The position numbers were made by a program, and so were the translations under genes. DNA of 53,366 bases from Candidatus Dojkabacteria bacterium (lineage in GTDB: Bacteria > Patescibacteriota > Dojkabacteria > SC72): positions 1 to 53,366 of the forward strand of contig JBBADY010000002.1 in the NCBI GenBank assembly GCA_041656215.1, read 5' to 3'. The notes under the pieces are model-generated. The model was not told the origin of the DNA, did not search any database, and was given only the letters and a program-made list of their open reading frames with translations. This document shows, one piece after another, positions 39,085 through 49,600 of this stretch; position 1 is the first letter of the stretch; the number at the start of each line of letters is the position of its first letter.

Positions 39085-40428
39085 ATGAAATATTTGTGTA
39101 GCTCTTGTGGTGCAGAATCACTTAGATGGTCAGGTAAATGTAGTGTATGTAACGAATGGGGAACATTAGAGGAGGTAGAAGAAAGTATTGTAATGCCGGA
39201 CTCTAATAAATCAAATATCAAAGCCGACTATAAGGCTATTACAAAGTATAAGACAAAAGCCTCTAGTAAGCAGGAGTCATCCGGTCGTACCAGTACAGGC
39301 TTTAAAGAGTTTGATAGAGTACTAGGAGGTGGTTTTGTACAGGGTGAGGTCGTACTCATAAGTGGAGAGCCGGGTGTAGGTAAATCAACAATGCTTCTTC
39401 AGGTTGCACTAAATCTCTCCCCAAACAAGAAGATCCTTTATGTATGCGGTGAGGAATCTCCCTCCCAGCTATATTCTAGATTAGAAAGATTAGCAGTAAA
39501 GGGTAGTAAACCAGAGAATATCTTTGTTACTAACGATATCTTAGTTGAGAATATATATAACCTTGTAAGTGAAAAGAAGTTTGATCTTTTAATAGTAGAC
39601 TCAATACAAAGTGTAACCTCACAAACATCTAAAGGATATCCCGGAAGCATTAGTCAGGTTAGGGCTTCAGGATCGATTCTAACAAGGCTTTCTAAAATAA
39701 CTGGTGTACCAACTATACTTGTAGGACAAATAAATAAAGGGGGAGATATCGCAGGACCGAAGATATTAGAACACATCGTAGATTGTGTCCTATATATAGA
39801 GGGAGGAGAGTTTAATCAGTACAGAATACTTAGAGGTATGAAAAATAGGTTTGGATCTACAAATGAAATAGGGGTATTTGAAATGAGCTCTAACGGTCTA
39901 AATGAAGTAGGTAATCCATCTTTAGTATTTCTAGATAGTAAATCCGCAGTATCAGGCAGTGCAATAGGGGCAATACTTCAAGGCTCTAGGGTCGTATTTG
40001 TTGAAGTACAAGCCCTAGTAGTAGAGAGAGCAGGTGAACCAGGTCCTCTTAGAAGAGTAGCTAATGGTATAAGGAAGCCTCGTTTAGATATGCTTTGTGC
40101 AGTTCTTTCTAGAAGAGGAGGAGTATTTCTAGGAGATAAAGATGTGTTTGTTAACGTGGTAGGAGGTATTACAGTTTCAGATCCTGCAGTAGACTTAGCC
40201 GTATGTGCAGCTATTAAATCAGCAGTTAAAGACTCTATTTTAGACAAAGACTCTATATACTTTGGAGAGGTAGGTCTAACAGGAGAAGTAAGGGGAACAT
40301 GGGGCTTACAGTCTGTTCTTTCAGAGGCATCAAGGGTTGGATACAAGTCAGTACATATAGGGAACACTACATTTAAAGGGAAAGAGGGGTTACAGGTATC
40401 TGTTGTAAAGCTTATCAAGAATATATAA
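39085..40428 (+). CDS. radA: DNA repair protein RadA/Sms
   Basis: Zinc finger CSSCGAESLRWSGKCSVCNEWGT, Walker A GEPGVGKST, KNRFG motif and a Lon-like C-terminal domain. Confidence 0.93.
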   Translation: MKYLCSSCGAESLRWSGKCSVCNEWGTLEEVEESIVMPDSNKSNIKADYKAITKYKTKASSKQESSGRTSTGFKEFDRVLGGGFVQGEVVLISGEPGVGKSTMLLQVALNLSPNKKILYVCGEESPSQLYSRLERLAVKGSKPENIFVTNDILVENIYNLVSEKKFDLLIVDSIQSVTSQTSKGYPGSISQVRASGSILTRLSKITGVPTILVGQINKGGDIAGPKILEHIVDCVLYIEGGEFNQYRILRGMKNRFGSTNEIGVFEMSSNGLNEVGNPSLVFLDSKSAVSGSAIGAILQGSRVVFVEVQALVVERAGEPGPLRRVANGIRKPRLDMLCAVLSRRGGVFLGDKDVFVNVVGGITVSDPAVDLAVCAAIKSAVKDSILDKDSIYFGEVGLTGEVRGTWGLQSVLSEASRVGYKSVHIGNTTFKGKEGLQVSVVKLIKNI

Positions 40429-40582
40429 AATTTTGCATAAAGATATCAACAAATTACGTAACGAACACTTGCACGTACAACTATTCGTAACATACAGGAG
40501 GCAGGGAGTATAGATAGGCTGTAGTATAGGGGATAAAGCTAAACAAATAAATTATCCACCCAAGTGCATAGCAATTATAGGC

Positions 40583-40612
40583 TTGACATAGTTGCCTAGT
40601 GGGAGATATAAT
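40583..40612 (+). promoter_or_regulatory. consensus sigma70-type promoter (TTGACA, 18 nt, TATAAT)
   Basis: -35 at 40583-40588 and -10 at 40607-40612. Confidence 0.65.
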
Positions 40613-40618
40613 ATAACG

Positions 40619-40875
40619 TTCATTAGCATACTATGTGGATATCTTAAATTTCTCCCTTTGTCTGGGGTGCCACGAACACATCTGGACAAAAGGAAAAGGG
40701 TAAGATATCTGAATCTTTCTTTCCCTGGGTTTGGTTTGGTACTACTCTGAACCTAAGGAAAGGAAGATTTGGGAAAGCATACTAAATATGCTCTCCGATA
40801 TTATCTCTCTATATATTATTTATATAGAGACATAACACCGGGGTCGGTTGGGGCAGTACCGATCCCTTTTTTCTT
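40619..40875 (+). ncRNA. candidate structured small RNA of about 257 nt, family unknown
   Basis: Bounded by the consensus promoter and a strong terminator. Long imperfect hairpins at 40638-40709 and 40712-40769, and a 10-bp hairpin at 40806-40830. No ORF. Confidence 0.5.
40840..40875 (+). terminator. Rho-independent terminator
   Basis: 9-bp stem GGGGTCGGT/ACCGATCCC, 9-nt loop, then ttttttctt. Confidence 0.8.
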
Positions 40876-40888
40876 AAATTTCTCATAT

Positions 40889-40917
40889 TTGACTTAAAGT
40901 AAATCTTTGAATATACT
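40889..40917 (+). promoter_or_regulatory. rho promoter (TTGACT, 17 nt, TATACT)
   Basis: -35 at 40889-40894 and -10 at 40912-40917. Confidence 0.55.
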
Positions 40918-40971
40918 GAATTGTCATATGGGTATATATGCCCATTTTATGTAATTTCCCTATCAATTTAT

Positions 40972-42237
40972 ATGGTAAACAGAACAAAGAGTATAAGAGA
41001 GTATGAGTCCATGACTCTTGCTCAGCTTCGTAGTGAGGCAAAAAAGATTGAGCTTGATAATTTTATGGAGCTCCAAAAAAGAGAATTAATATTTGAAATA
41101 TTAAAGAAGTCTACTGCAAATGAAGGATTCGTATTTGTAGATGGTATATTAGAGGTTCAGAAAGATGAATCACATGGTGTACTTAGAACAGACGGTCTTT
41201 TAGCAGGTGATAATGATGTATATGTTTCTGGATCTCAGATAAAGAAATTTAGTCTAAGGACTGGAGATGTAGTTGCAGGTCCTGCAAGATTACCGAAAGA
41301 GAAAGAAAAATACTTAAGTCTACTTAGAGTAGACACAGTATACGGTAAGCCAGCTGCAGAGGCAGCAGAGAGACCTCAGTTCATGAAACTAACTCCGGTA
41401 TTTCCAAACAAACAAATCAAATTAGAGACTACCCCAGAGGTTATTTCAACTAGGGTAATCGATTTACTTTCCCCAGTTGGCTTCGGTCAGAGATCAATGT
41501 TAGTATCTCCTCCTAAGGCAGGTAAGACATTCTTACTTAAAGATATTGCTGCAGGTATTGCAACTAATCATCCTAAAGCAAAGTTAATGGTTGTACTTGT
41601 AGGTGAAAGACCAGAAGAGGTAACTGATATGAAAAGATTTGTAAAAGGAGAGGTATATGCATCTAACTTTGATGAATTACCAGAGCATAACTGTAAGGTA
41701 GCTGAAATGGCACTACAAAAAGCTATGCGTATGGTAGAGTGGGGAGAGGATGTAATAATACTGATGGATAGTATTACAAGACTTGCTCGTGCTTACAATA
41801 TAACTATGCCTACATCAGGAAAAACACTCTCAGGAGGATTCGATCCTGTAGCACTGTATCCACCTAAGAGATTCTTTGGTGCTGCTAGAAACTTCGAAGA
41901 GGGTGGAAGTCTTACCATCATTGCAACCGCATTAGTAGAAACAGGAAGTAGAATGGATGATCTGGTATATGAAGAGTTTAAAGGTACAGGAAATATGGAA
42001 TTACATCTTGATAGGCAGCTTGCTAACAAGAGAATATATCCATCTATTGATGTAAACAAATCAGGTACAAGAAATGAAGAGCTACTCTTAGGTAAAGAAG
42101 TTTTGAATCAATCATGGAGGATAAGGAGAATGCTTGAGATACTTGATCAAAATGAGAATCCTACAGAAGTACTCGTAAGTCAGCTTAGGAGAACTAAATC
42201 TAACGAAGAGTTTCTTGCAACATTGCACGAAGCGTAA
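40972..42237 (+). CDS. rho: transcription termination factor Rho
   Basis: N-terminal LAQLRSEAKKIELDNFMELQKRELIFEILK, RNA-binding domain, Walker A SPPKAGKT. ATG 40972 is preferred over the upstream TTG at 40921; ATG 41011 is also possible. Confidence 0.93.
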   Translation: MVNRTKSIREYESMTLAQLRSEAKKIELDNFMELQKRELIFEILKKSTANEGFVFVDGILEVQKDESHGVLRTDGLLAGDNDVYVSGSQIKKFSLRTGDVVAGPARLPKEKEKYLSLLRVDTVYGKPAAEAAERPQFMKLTPVFPNKQIKLETTPEVISTRVIDLLSPVGFGQRSMLVSPPKAGKTFLLKDIAAGIATNHPKAKLMVVLVGERPEEVTDMKRFVKGEVYASNFDELPEHNCKVAEMALQKAMRMVEWGEDVIILMDSITRLARAYNITMPTSGKTLSGGFDPVALYPPKRFFGAARNFEEGGSLTIIATALVETGSRMDDLVYEEFKGTGNMELHLDRQLANKRIYPSIDVNKSGTRNEELLLGKEVLNQSWRIRRMLEILDQNENPTEVLVSQLRRTKSNEEFLATLHEA

Positions 42238-42275
42238 TTCTGGTATAATAGTAGAGTAAATTTTTGACTATACTA

Positions 42276-43634
42276 ATGTCAGAAGATAAGGTGCGTGAAC
42301 AAAATATCTCAGGTTTAAGCTTTAGGGATCTTGCTAAGGATTCTGATTTCTCTAAAACAGAGAGTGAGAACTACATATTCCTAGACGAAGATATTTACTC
42401 TGAGAAAGATCTTACATGGATTAATAGAGTAGGTGCTTTTCTTGCTAACCGTTTTAATACAAGAAGGGGTGTACTAGCCTTCTTTATAGATTTTTTCGAA
42501 TACATCGTTTCTAGGTTAAGAGTATTTTGGATATTAACATCTGTAGTTTTTGATATTCTGTATAAGCAGTTTAATACTGTAAAGGATAGTATTGTTAAGA
42601 GAATGTTTTGGGGTAGAGGTTCATTCCTTAAATATGTAGTACAAACAGCCACCGTTATTTTTGCTTTCATACTTGGTATCTCATATGTATATAGAGCACC
42701 AGCAATAACTAGTGCTAATGATGAAGATCTCGACTATATAGCTGTTGCAGAGGGAGACTTACTTGCAATGAATGCCACTATTAACACCCTTGTTCCAAAG
42801 GATAGGGAGAGAAGAGGGGTTGAGAAATATATGGTAATGAATGGAGATACATTAAGTATAATAGCGACTAACTATGATATCTCTGTAGAAACAATCAAAT
42901 GGGCTAACAATCTAACCTCTGATCTTGTAAAACCGGGTCAAGAGTTAGATATACCACCTGCAGATGGTGTACTAATTAAGGTTGCGAAGAATGAGACTCT
43001 TGCTTCTGTATCAAAAAAATATAACGGTAATGAACAGGCGGTAGCAGATTTTAACTGGTTAGATTACCCATTTACATTAGCAGAAGGTCAAGAGCTTTTC
43101 ATACCTGATGGTAGAATGCCATATGTTGCTCCTCCAAAGCCAACATATGCAAGTGCTCCTAAGACATATACCTCTGGATCATACTCTGGAGGAGGATCTA
43201 GCTCCCCTGTAGATCCTAGCGTAGGCAGATTCCTTGGATGGCCAGTTGCAGGGGGTAAGATATCTCAAACATATAAAGGGGTATATCATAAGGGGGTAGA
43301 TATTGCAGATCGTAACTTACCAAGTGTTTTGGCAGCAGCTGGTGGTACTGTAATATTTGCAGGATGTGCTGGTTACTGTCCACCACTAGGCTCTACATGG
43401 GGTGGTAGTGGATATGCATGGTCAGTACAGATTGATCACGGTAATGGATATTCAACATGGTATGCTCACTTAAAGAATATATATGTAAGAACAGGAGAAT
43501 CAGTATCAAAGGGTCAAGCAGTTGCTCAAATGGGTTCTACTGGTAGATCTACAGGTCCTCATGTTCACTTCGAGCTAAGAAGAGGCTCTGGCTCTGGTGG
43601 TCAAGTAAATCCTCTCTCTTACGCTAATTGGTAA
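42276..43634 (+). CDS. LysM-domain M23 family metallopeptidase (membrane-anchored)
   Basis: LysM repeats (YMVMNGDTLSIIATNYDISVETIKWANNL; IKVAKNETLASVSKKY). M23 motifs HKGVDIA and GSTGRSTGPHVHFELR. Alternative TTG start at 42264. Confidence 0.85.
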   Translation: MSEDKVREQNISGLSFRDLAKDSDFSKTESENYIFLDEDIYSEKDLTWINRVGAFLANRFNTRRGVLAFFIDFFEYIVSRLRVFWILTSVVFDILYKQFNTVKDSIVKRMFWGRGSFLKYVVQTATVIFAFILGISYVYRAPAITSANDEDLDYIAVAEGDLLAMNATINTLVPKDRERRGVEKYMVMNGDTLSIIATNYDISVETIKWANNLTSDLVKPGQELDIPPADGVLIKVAKNETLASVSKKYNGNEQAVADFNWLDYPFTLAEGQELFIPDGRMPYVAPPKPTYASAPKTYTSGSYSGGGSSSPVDPSVGRFLGWPVAGGKISQTYKGVYHKGVDIADRNLPSVLAAAGGTVIFAGCAGYCPPLGSTWGGSGYAWSVQIDHGNGYSTWYAHLKNIYVRTGESVSKGQAVAQMGSTGRSTGPHVHFELRRGSGSGGQVNPLSYANW

Positions 43635-43660
43635 GTATGATATAATTCTCCCATAGCTTT

Positions 43661-43733
43661 GGGCTCATAGTTCAGTTGGGAGAACGTCGCATTCGCATTG
43701 CGAAGGTCGCCGGTTCAAATCCGGCTGAGTCCA
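43661..43733 (+). tRNA. tRNA-Ala (anticodon CGC)
   Basis: GGGCTCA..TGAGTCC-A with G3:U70 and loop TTCGCAT. Confidence 0.93.
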
Positions 43734-43747
43734 TGAGTCTAATATAT

Positions 43748-43821
43748 GGGCCTGTAGCTCAGTTGGCTAGAGCACATCGCTGGCAGCGATGGGGTCAGGG
43801 GTTCGAACCCCCTCAGGTCCA
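43748..43821 (+). tRNA. tRNA-Ala (anticodon GGC)
   Basis: GGGCCTG..CAGGTCC-A with G3:U70 and loop CTGGCAG. Confidence 0.93.
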
Positions 43822-44122
43822 TAAAGCCAGGCTTACCAACCCTATAGCTGTTTAAATATGAGATTTATGCTTTCAGTAAAGCAAAAATCGAAGACAGGCT
43901 TTATGGATTTCAGTATATATCCAAATCGTAGATAGCAGTGAATAGCTAATAGCAAAATCTGAACCTTAAATCTTACACATCCAAAGTGTATACATATTTT
44001 GAATTTACTCATAGCCATACTCACCATTTCCACACTAATGTAAAACGCTTTGTTTAAAAGACTTTGCAAAACTTCTGTTTTGAAGTAAAATACTTCAATA
44101 GGTAATATAAAATAGCATTGAT

Positions 44123-46561
44123 ATGGCATACAGTTACAACCCAAAAGAGTTTGAAAGTAAGTGGCAAGAGAAGTGGTTTAGCGAGTTGAAATACAGTGCT
44201 AAAGATCTTCTCTTAGAGAAGCCAAAGTACTACCTACTTGTAGAATTCCCATACCCATCAGGGCCTGGTATGCATATAGGGCATGCTAGAAACTACTCCA
44301 TGATGGATGCAGTAGCAAGATTGAAAAGAATGAAAGGCTTTAATGTAATGTATCCAATAGGGTGGGATGCATTTGGCTTACCTACAGAAAACTACGCTAT
44401 TAAAATGAAAAGAGCCCCACAAGATATCACTAGAGAGAATGTTGAGCACTTTAGAAGACAGCTTAAGAGCTTAGGTCTTTCTTTTGATTGGGATAGAGAG
44501 GTAAATACTACAGATCCTTCATACTATAAATGGACACAGTGGATATTCTTAAAGCTTTTTGAAAAAGGGTTAGCATACAAGTCCGAAATGCCAATAAATT
44601 GGTGTCCGAAATGTAAAGTAGGATGTGCCAATGAGGAAGTAATTGACTCAAGGCATGAAAGATGTGGTACCGAGGTAGAAAAAAGAAATATTAGCCAATG
44701 GGTATTAAAAATAACGGAATATGCAGATAGGTTAGATGAAGATCTAGACTTAGTAGACTTCCCAGATAGTGTAAAAGCACTTCAAAGGAACTGGATAGGG
44801 AAGAAGGTATGGTATGACATTGAGTATAAGGTTGAAGATAGTGATGAAGTCATTAAGGTCTCTACAACAAGACCAGATACTCAGTTTGGTTCAAGTTTTG
44901 TTGTAATAGCTCCAGAGCATGAGATATTAAATAAACTTTTGGATAAGATGACTACTGAGAATAGAAAAAGCGTACAGGAGTACATATCGAAGAGTTTAAA
45001 GAAAAGTGAAGTAGAGAGGTTAACTGAAGGTAAAGAGAAAACTGGCGTCCCAACTGGACTTTACTGTATAAATAGCATAACTAATGCTCGATTGCCAATA
45101 TACGTCGCAGACTTTGTACTAACAACAGTTGGTACTGGTATGGTAGTAGGAGTACCTGCGCATGATGAAAGAGACTTTGAATTTTCTCAAAAGTTTGGAT
45201 TACCTGTAAAAAGAGTAATAGAGGGAGAGGATGGTGACAGATCAGAGATATCTACACTAGAACAAGTATATGAAGGAGAGGGAAAAGTATTTAATTCTGA
45301 CTTCTTAGATGGTTTAAGTAGTGAAAACGCAAGAGAGAAGGTAGGAGAGTACATAAAAGAGAGGGGAATAGGAGATGTAGTAGTAAGATATCATCTTAGA
45401 GATTGGATATTTTCAAGACAGCACTACTGGGGAGAGCCAATACCAATAGTTAATTGTGAGAAATGTGGTATGGTAGCACTACCAGAGCAAGATTTACCAC
45501 TAGAGTTACCAATTGTAAAGCAGTATGAACCAACAGATACAGGAGAATCACCATTAGCAAAGATAGAGGAGTGGGTAAACACAGAGTGTCCGAAATGTGG
45601 AGGCCCTTCTAAGAGAGAAACAGACACTATGCCCAACTGGGCAGGTTCAAGTTGGTATTTTTTAAGATACTGTGATCCTGAAAACAGTGAAGAGTTCGCA
45701 AGTAAGGAGAAAACAGATTACTGGATGCCAGTTGATCACTATGAAGGAGGCCAAGAACATATAACTCTGCATCTTCTTTACTCTAGATTCTGGCAGAAGG
45801 TACTTTTTGATCTTGGATATGTAAGAGATAAAGAGCCATACTCATCAAGATCTATACACGGTGTTGTATTAGGAGAGGGAGGAGTAAAAATGTCTAAGTC
45901 TCTAGGTAATGTAATAGGGCCTGATGAATTAGTAGAAAAGTATGGTGCAGATATTGTTCGTGCATATATGATGTTTATGGGTCCATATGAGGGTAATGTA
46001 GAGTGGAGTACTCGTACAATTGAAGGTGTTAAGAGATTTGTATTTAAGTATTACTCATTCTTACTATCAAGTTGGGATGAGAAAGTTAAGAAGAGTGATG
46101 AAAAGGTAAAGGTTGGGATAAATAGGTTAGTAAATAAGATAGAGGGAGATATTACAGATTTTAAATTCAATACCGCTATAGCTTCACTCATGCAATTTTA
46201 TAATGAGTATTCAAAGGAGAAATTAGATATAGAAGATATAACCAAACTACTTATAGTAAGCGCCCCAGTGCTACCTCATCTTACAGAAGAAATATGGTCC
46301 AAAACTATAGGGCAGAACTCTTCAGTTCATGATCAAATATGGCCAAAGATAGATCAAAGTACATTAGTAGATGATATGATAGAGATTCCTGTACAAATAG
46401 AGGGAAAGATTAGAGGTAGAGTATTAATATCTAAGGCAGAAACAGAAGAGGATATAAAAGAAAAGATATTAAAAGACAATACTCTAAGTACTTGGTTATC
46501 AAATTCTGAAATTAAAAAAATAATATACATTCCAAACAGGATTGTAAGTATTATTTTGTAG
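44123..46561 (+). CDS. leuS: leucyl-tRNA synthetase
   Basis: HIGH motif (PGMHIGHARNY), KMSKS (VKMSKSLGN), CP1 editing-domain region (TTRPDT). Confidence 0.95.
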   Translation: MAYSYNPKEFESKWQEKWFSELKYSAKDLLLEKPKYYLLVEFPYPSGPGMHIGHARNYSMMDAVARLKRMKGFNVMYPIGWDAFGLPTENYAIKMKRAPQDITRENVEHFRRQLKSLGLSFDWDREVNTTDPSYYKWTQWIFLKLFEKGLAYKSEMPINWCPKCKVGCANEEVIDSRHERCGTEVEKRNISQWVLKITEYADRLDEDLDLVDFPDSVKALQRNWIGKKVWYDIEYKVEDSDEVIKVSTTRPDTQFGSSFVVIAPEHEILNKLLDKMTTENRKSVQEYISKSLKKSEVERLTEGKEKTGVPTGLYCINSITNARLPIYVADFVLTTVGTGMVVGVPAHDERDFEFSQKFGLPVKRVIEGEDGDRSEISTLEQVYEGEGKVFNSDFLDGLSSENAREKVGEYIKERGIGDVVVRYHLRDWIFSRQHYWGEPIPIVNCEKCGMVALPEQDLPLELPIVKQYEPTDTGESPLAKIEEWVNTECPKCGGPSKRETDTMPNWAGSSWYFLRYCDPENSEEFASKEKTDYWMPVDHYEGGQEHITLHLLYSRFWQKVLFDLGYVRDKEPYSSRSIHGVVLGEGGVKMSKSLGNVIGPDELVEKYGADIVRAYMMFMGPYEGNVEWSTRTIEGVKRFVFKYYSFLLSSWDEKVKKSDEKVKVGINRLVNKIEGDITDFKFNTAIASLMQFYNEYSKEKLDIEDITKLLIVSAPVLPHLTEEIWSKTIGQNSSVHDQIWPKIDQSTLVDDMIEIPVQIEGKIRGRVLISKAETEEDIKEKILKDNTLSTWLSNSEIKKIIYIPNRIVSIIL

Positions 46562-46582
46562 TAATTTATCAAGCTTTTCCCT

Positions 46583-46611
46583 TTGACAACTGTATACATT
46601 TCTACTATCAT
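46583..46611 (+). promoter_or_regulatory. candidate promoter (TTGACA, 17 nt, TATCAT)
   Basis: -35 at 46583-46588 and -10 at 46606-46611. A second TATAAT lies at 46654-46659. Confidence 0.5.
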
Positions 46612-46675
46612 TTTGCTATCGATACACATAGGCTAAAAACCATTGTGCGTCAGTATAATACACTGCTCGAGAATT

Positions 46676-49600
46676 ATGCTAAAAAGTAACTGCTCGAAAG
46701 TAGCAAAATTTGTACTCATTCTGCTAGTAGCCCCTCTTGTTTTTGTTGCCCATTTTACACTCCAAAAAGCATATGCACAGACATCATCCACTATTAATTT
46801 CCAAGGAAAGATTGTAAGAAACGATACAGGCTATGAAGGATTAAATGTTACTACAGGAAGTCCAGCATGTGTGAAATCTGGTCCTGATGAATGTGATTTC
46901 CAAGTTAAATACTACTCTGCATCTACATCAGGAACTCTCTATTTTACAGAAACATATACAGACGTAGAGATAGGGCAGTACGGAGGTATCTTTAATCTCT
47001 CATTAGGTGCAGGAACACCAACTACAGGAGCATACTCCTCTTTAGATGCAATGATAAAGGCACAAGATTCTGTTTATGTAGAAATACTTTTCTCTCCGGC
47101 AGGTACTAGTAGTTTTACAGAGACATTCTCTAGAATGCCACTTCAAGCCTCTGCATACGCTATTAGATCAGAGTATGCCAAAATGGCATCAGGAGCTTTT
47201 GAGTTTGAAAATGCAGAGGATTATGCGTCTACTACACGAGGATTAACGACTCCTGCTAGTAATGGTATGGTTTACTACGATACAACTGCTGGTGTATTAA
47301 AACTTTACAGTGGGGGTGTATGGCAAAATCTTGCTACAGGAGGATCCTCTATATGGGGAAGTAACAGTATATCTTCATATTCCCACTATCCTTCTCAATT
47401 TATGGAAACTAGTGGTATAGCGACACTTTCAAACTTTGGTGTAGATGCTACAGTAAACAGAGCATGGGTACATGGAGCATCCTCTAGAACAGGTTTTTCT
47501 GTATATTCAAACTATAGTGGTGCAACAGATTGGCCATTGGTAACATTTAAAGCAGATGCGAGTAATTTTGGTAATTCAATATTACAATTAACACAAGATG
47601 GTACTGGGAATATATTGGAGGGATTAAGCGGTAGTACACCAGTCTTTAACTTTGACAAAAGGGGTGACTTACATCTCTCAAATAACGGTGTAAATTACTT
47701 TGGACGATTCCCAACTCCCCCCACAACTGGAGATTTATTTCCAGGTAGTGGAGAGGGATGTCTTTACAATGTAGCAGGTACTTTATATTGGGATGGGGCA
47801 TGTAATTACAGTGGAGTACCAATAAATACAGGATCCTCTTCTAAATGGACAGATGCAGGATCATTTACATACCTTACATCTACTACAGATGATATTCTTT
47901 TTGGAGGGAACAGTACTGCTACTGCTACATTCTTCTTTGATGTAGATGCTTCTAGTGGTAACTATTTAGCAATAAATAACGCTGCTAATACACAGAGACT
48001 TTTTACAATAGATAGCAGTGGTAATGTTGGAATAGGTACTGCAACACCTGGTTCAAAATTAGATATTGGAGGTGCTAATTCAAATATTACAAACTCAACA
48101 GGAAATATAACTATTACACCTAACCAGAACCTAATATTAGGATCTGGAAACTTTGGAGTAGGTACTGCAACACCAAATCAGAAACTCTCTGTAGCAGGAA
48201 CTTTTGGAATAATAGAGACAGGAGCTTCTCCTACATATTACACAATCTTTCAAGGAGGTGATCAAAATGGGAATATAACATATACATTACCTACAACATC
48301 TACTACAGGCATACTTGCTAACAATGGTAGTGGAGTACTCTCTTGGGCTACACTATCTTCTCTAGGGGGTGTTACAGGCACTGGTACTGGTAGTGGTACT
48401 GCAGGTCAGATTACATTCTGGAGTGGTACGTCATCAATAACAGGGAGTAATAACTTTTGGTGGGATAATGCAAATCAAAGATTAGGTATAGGTACAAGCT
48501 CACCTCAGGCATCTTTAGATATTGCAGGTGCTACATCTGAAATAGCGAATACTAGTGGGGATATTACAATAACTCCCGCAGCCAATCTAATAGTTAGTAG
48601 CGGGAGAGTAGGGATAGGAGCACCCACTCCAAATTATAAATTACATGTTTCAGAAACCTTAAATCAACACCATACCACAATATATGGTTATGCTGCCCAA
48701 AGTTCAACCTCTACAGATTATCTTAACATTGGTATCGAAGGGTTGGCTTCTGGTGCTAATAGTACCTGGGGAAGAAGTATTGGTGTCTGGGGTCACAGTA
48801 ATAAGGCTAATACATTTAGGAGTATAGGTGTTGTTGGATCACTTAGCACGACATTATCAATTCCATCTTTCGATTTTAATACAGCAATTTGGGGAGATGG
48901 TTCAGGTTTAGGCTATTCTGGTATTTTTACTGGAGGAAATGTAGGGATAGGGGTTACAAATCCTTCGTACACACTTGAGGTTAATGGAGATGCTCTAATG
49001 AACAGAGCCTTTGTTACTGGTAGATCATCTAGCTGGGGATCCTCTGATGGAGTAAACACAGGGGGAGTGAATGTAACAATGGGTACATCTACTGGTGCAA
49101 CATGGTTAATATCAGGTACTAGTGATGAGACTTTCCGTGTAGGATTACAGGCCCTCGATAGTGATGGTACATTAAAAATATATTCAAATGGCAGTGCCGT
49201 TACCTTTGCTGGAACTAGTCTCACTGCAGGGGCTATCAGTGGAAGTAGGATAACAGCTACACAGGCTACTGGTACATCTCCTTTTGTAGTAACATCTACG
49301 ACGGTAGTTTCAAATTTAAATGCAGATTTACTTGACGGTCTTACTGCTGATAATTTCCTAAGAAGTGATGTTGATGATAACCTTACTGCAGCAATAATTG
49401 TTCCTACTGCTAATAGGGATGAGGGAATGTTCGGAACATATGATTCAACTAAAACCCAGCATATTTGGAGTATGGGAGTCGCATACAGAAATGCTGCTAA
49501 TGGAGCTACTTTTGGCAATTTGCATGGATTGGCATATAAACATACTAATAATACGACTGGTGGAACTATGGCCGGTGGGCATCAAATGGTATGGGTTGTA

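Noticed and set aside
40619-40875. Assigning the orphan RNA to RNase P RNA, SRP RNA, 6S RNA, a cobalamin riboswitch or a T-box.
   Set aside because: Only weak local resemblances exist, such as GGGGTGCCAcgaac versus the RNase P GGGUGCCAGG, and AAGGAAAGGAAG versus the SRP GGAAGGAAGCAG. The P4 strands, the GNRA-capped SRP helix 8, the B12 box and the T-box sequence are absent, so it is left unclassified.
43842-44144. A 100-aa minus-strand ORF, and the idea of a T-box leader in the 300-nt region upstream of leuS.
   Set aside because: The ORF has no start context or domain and overlaps the leuS start. I found no T-box motif (AAnnnGGGTGGTACCGCG-like) or specifier-loop architecture. The region looks like plain AT-rich intergenic or promoter DNA.
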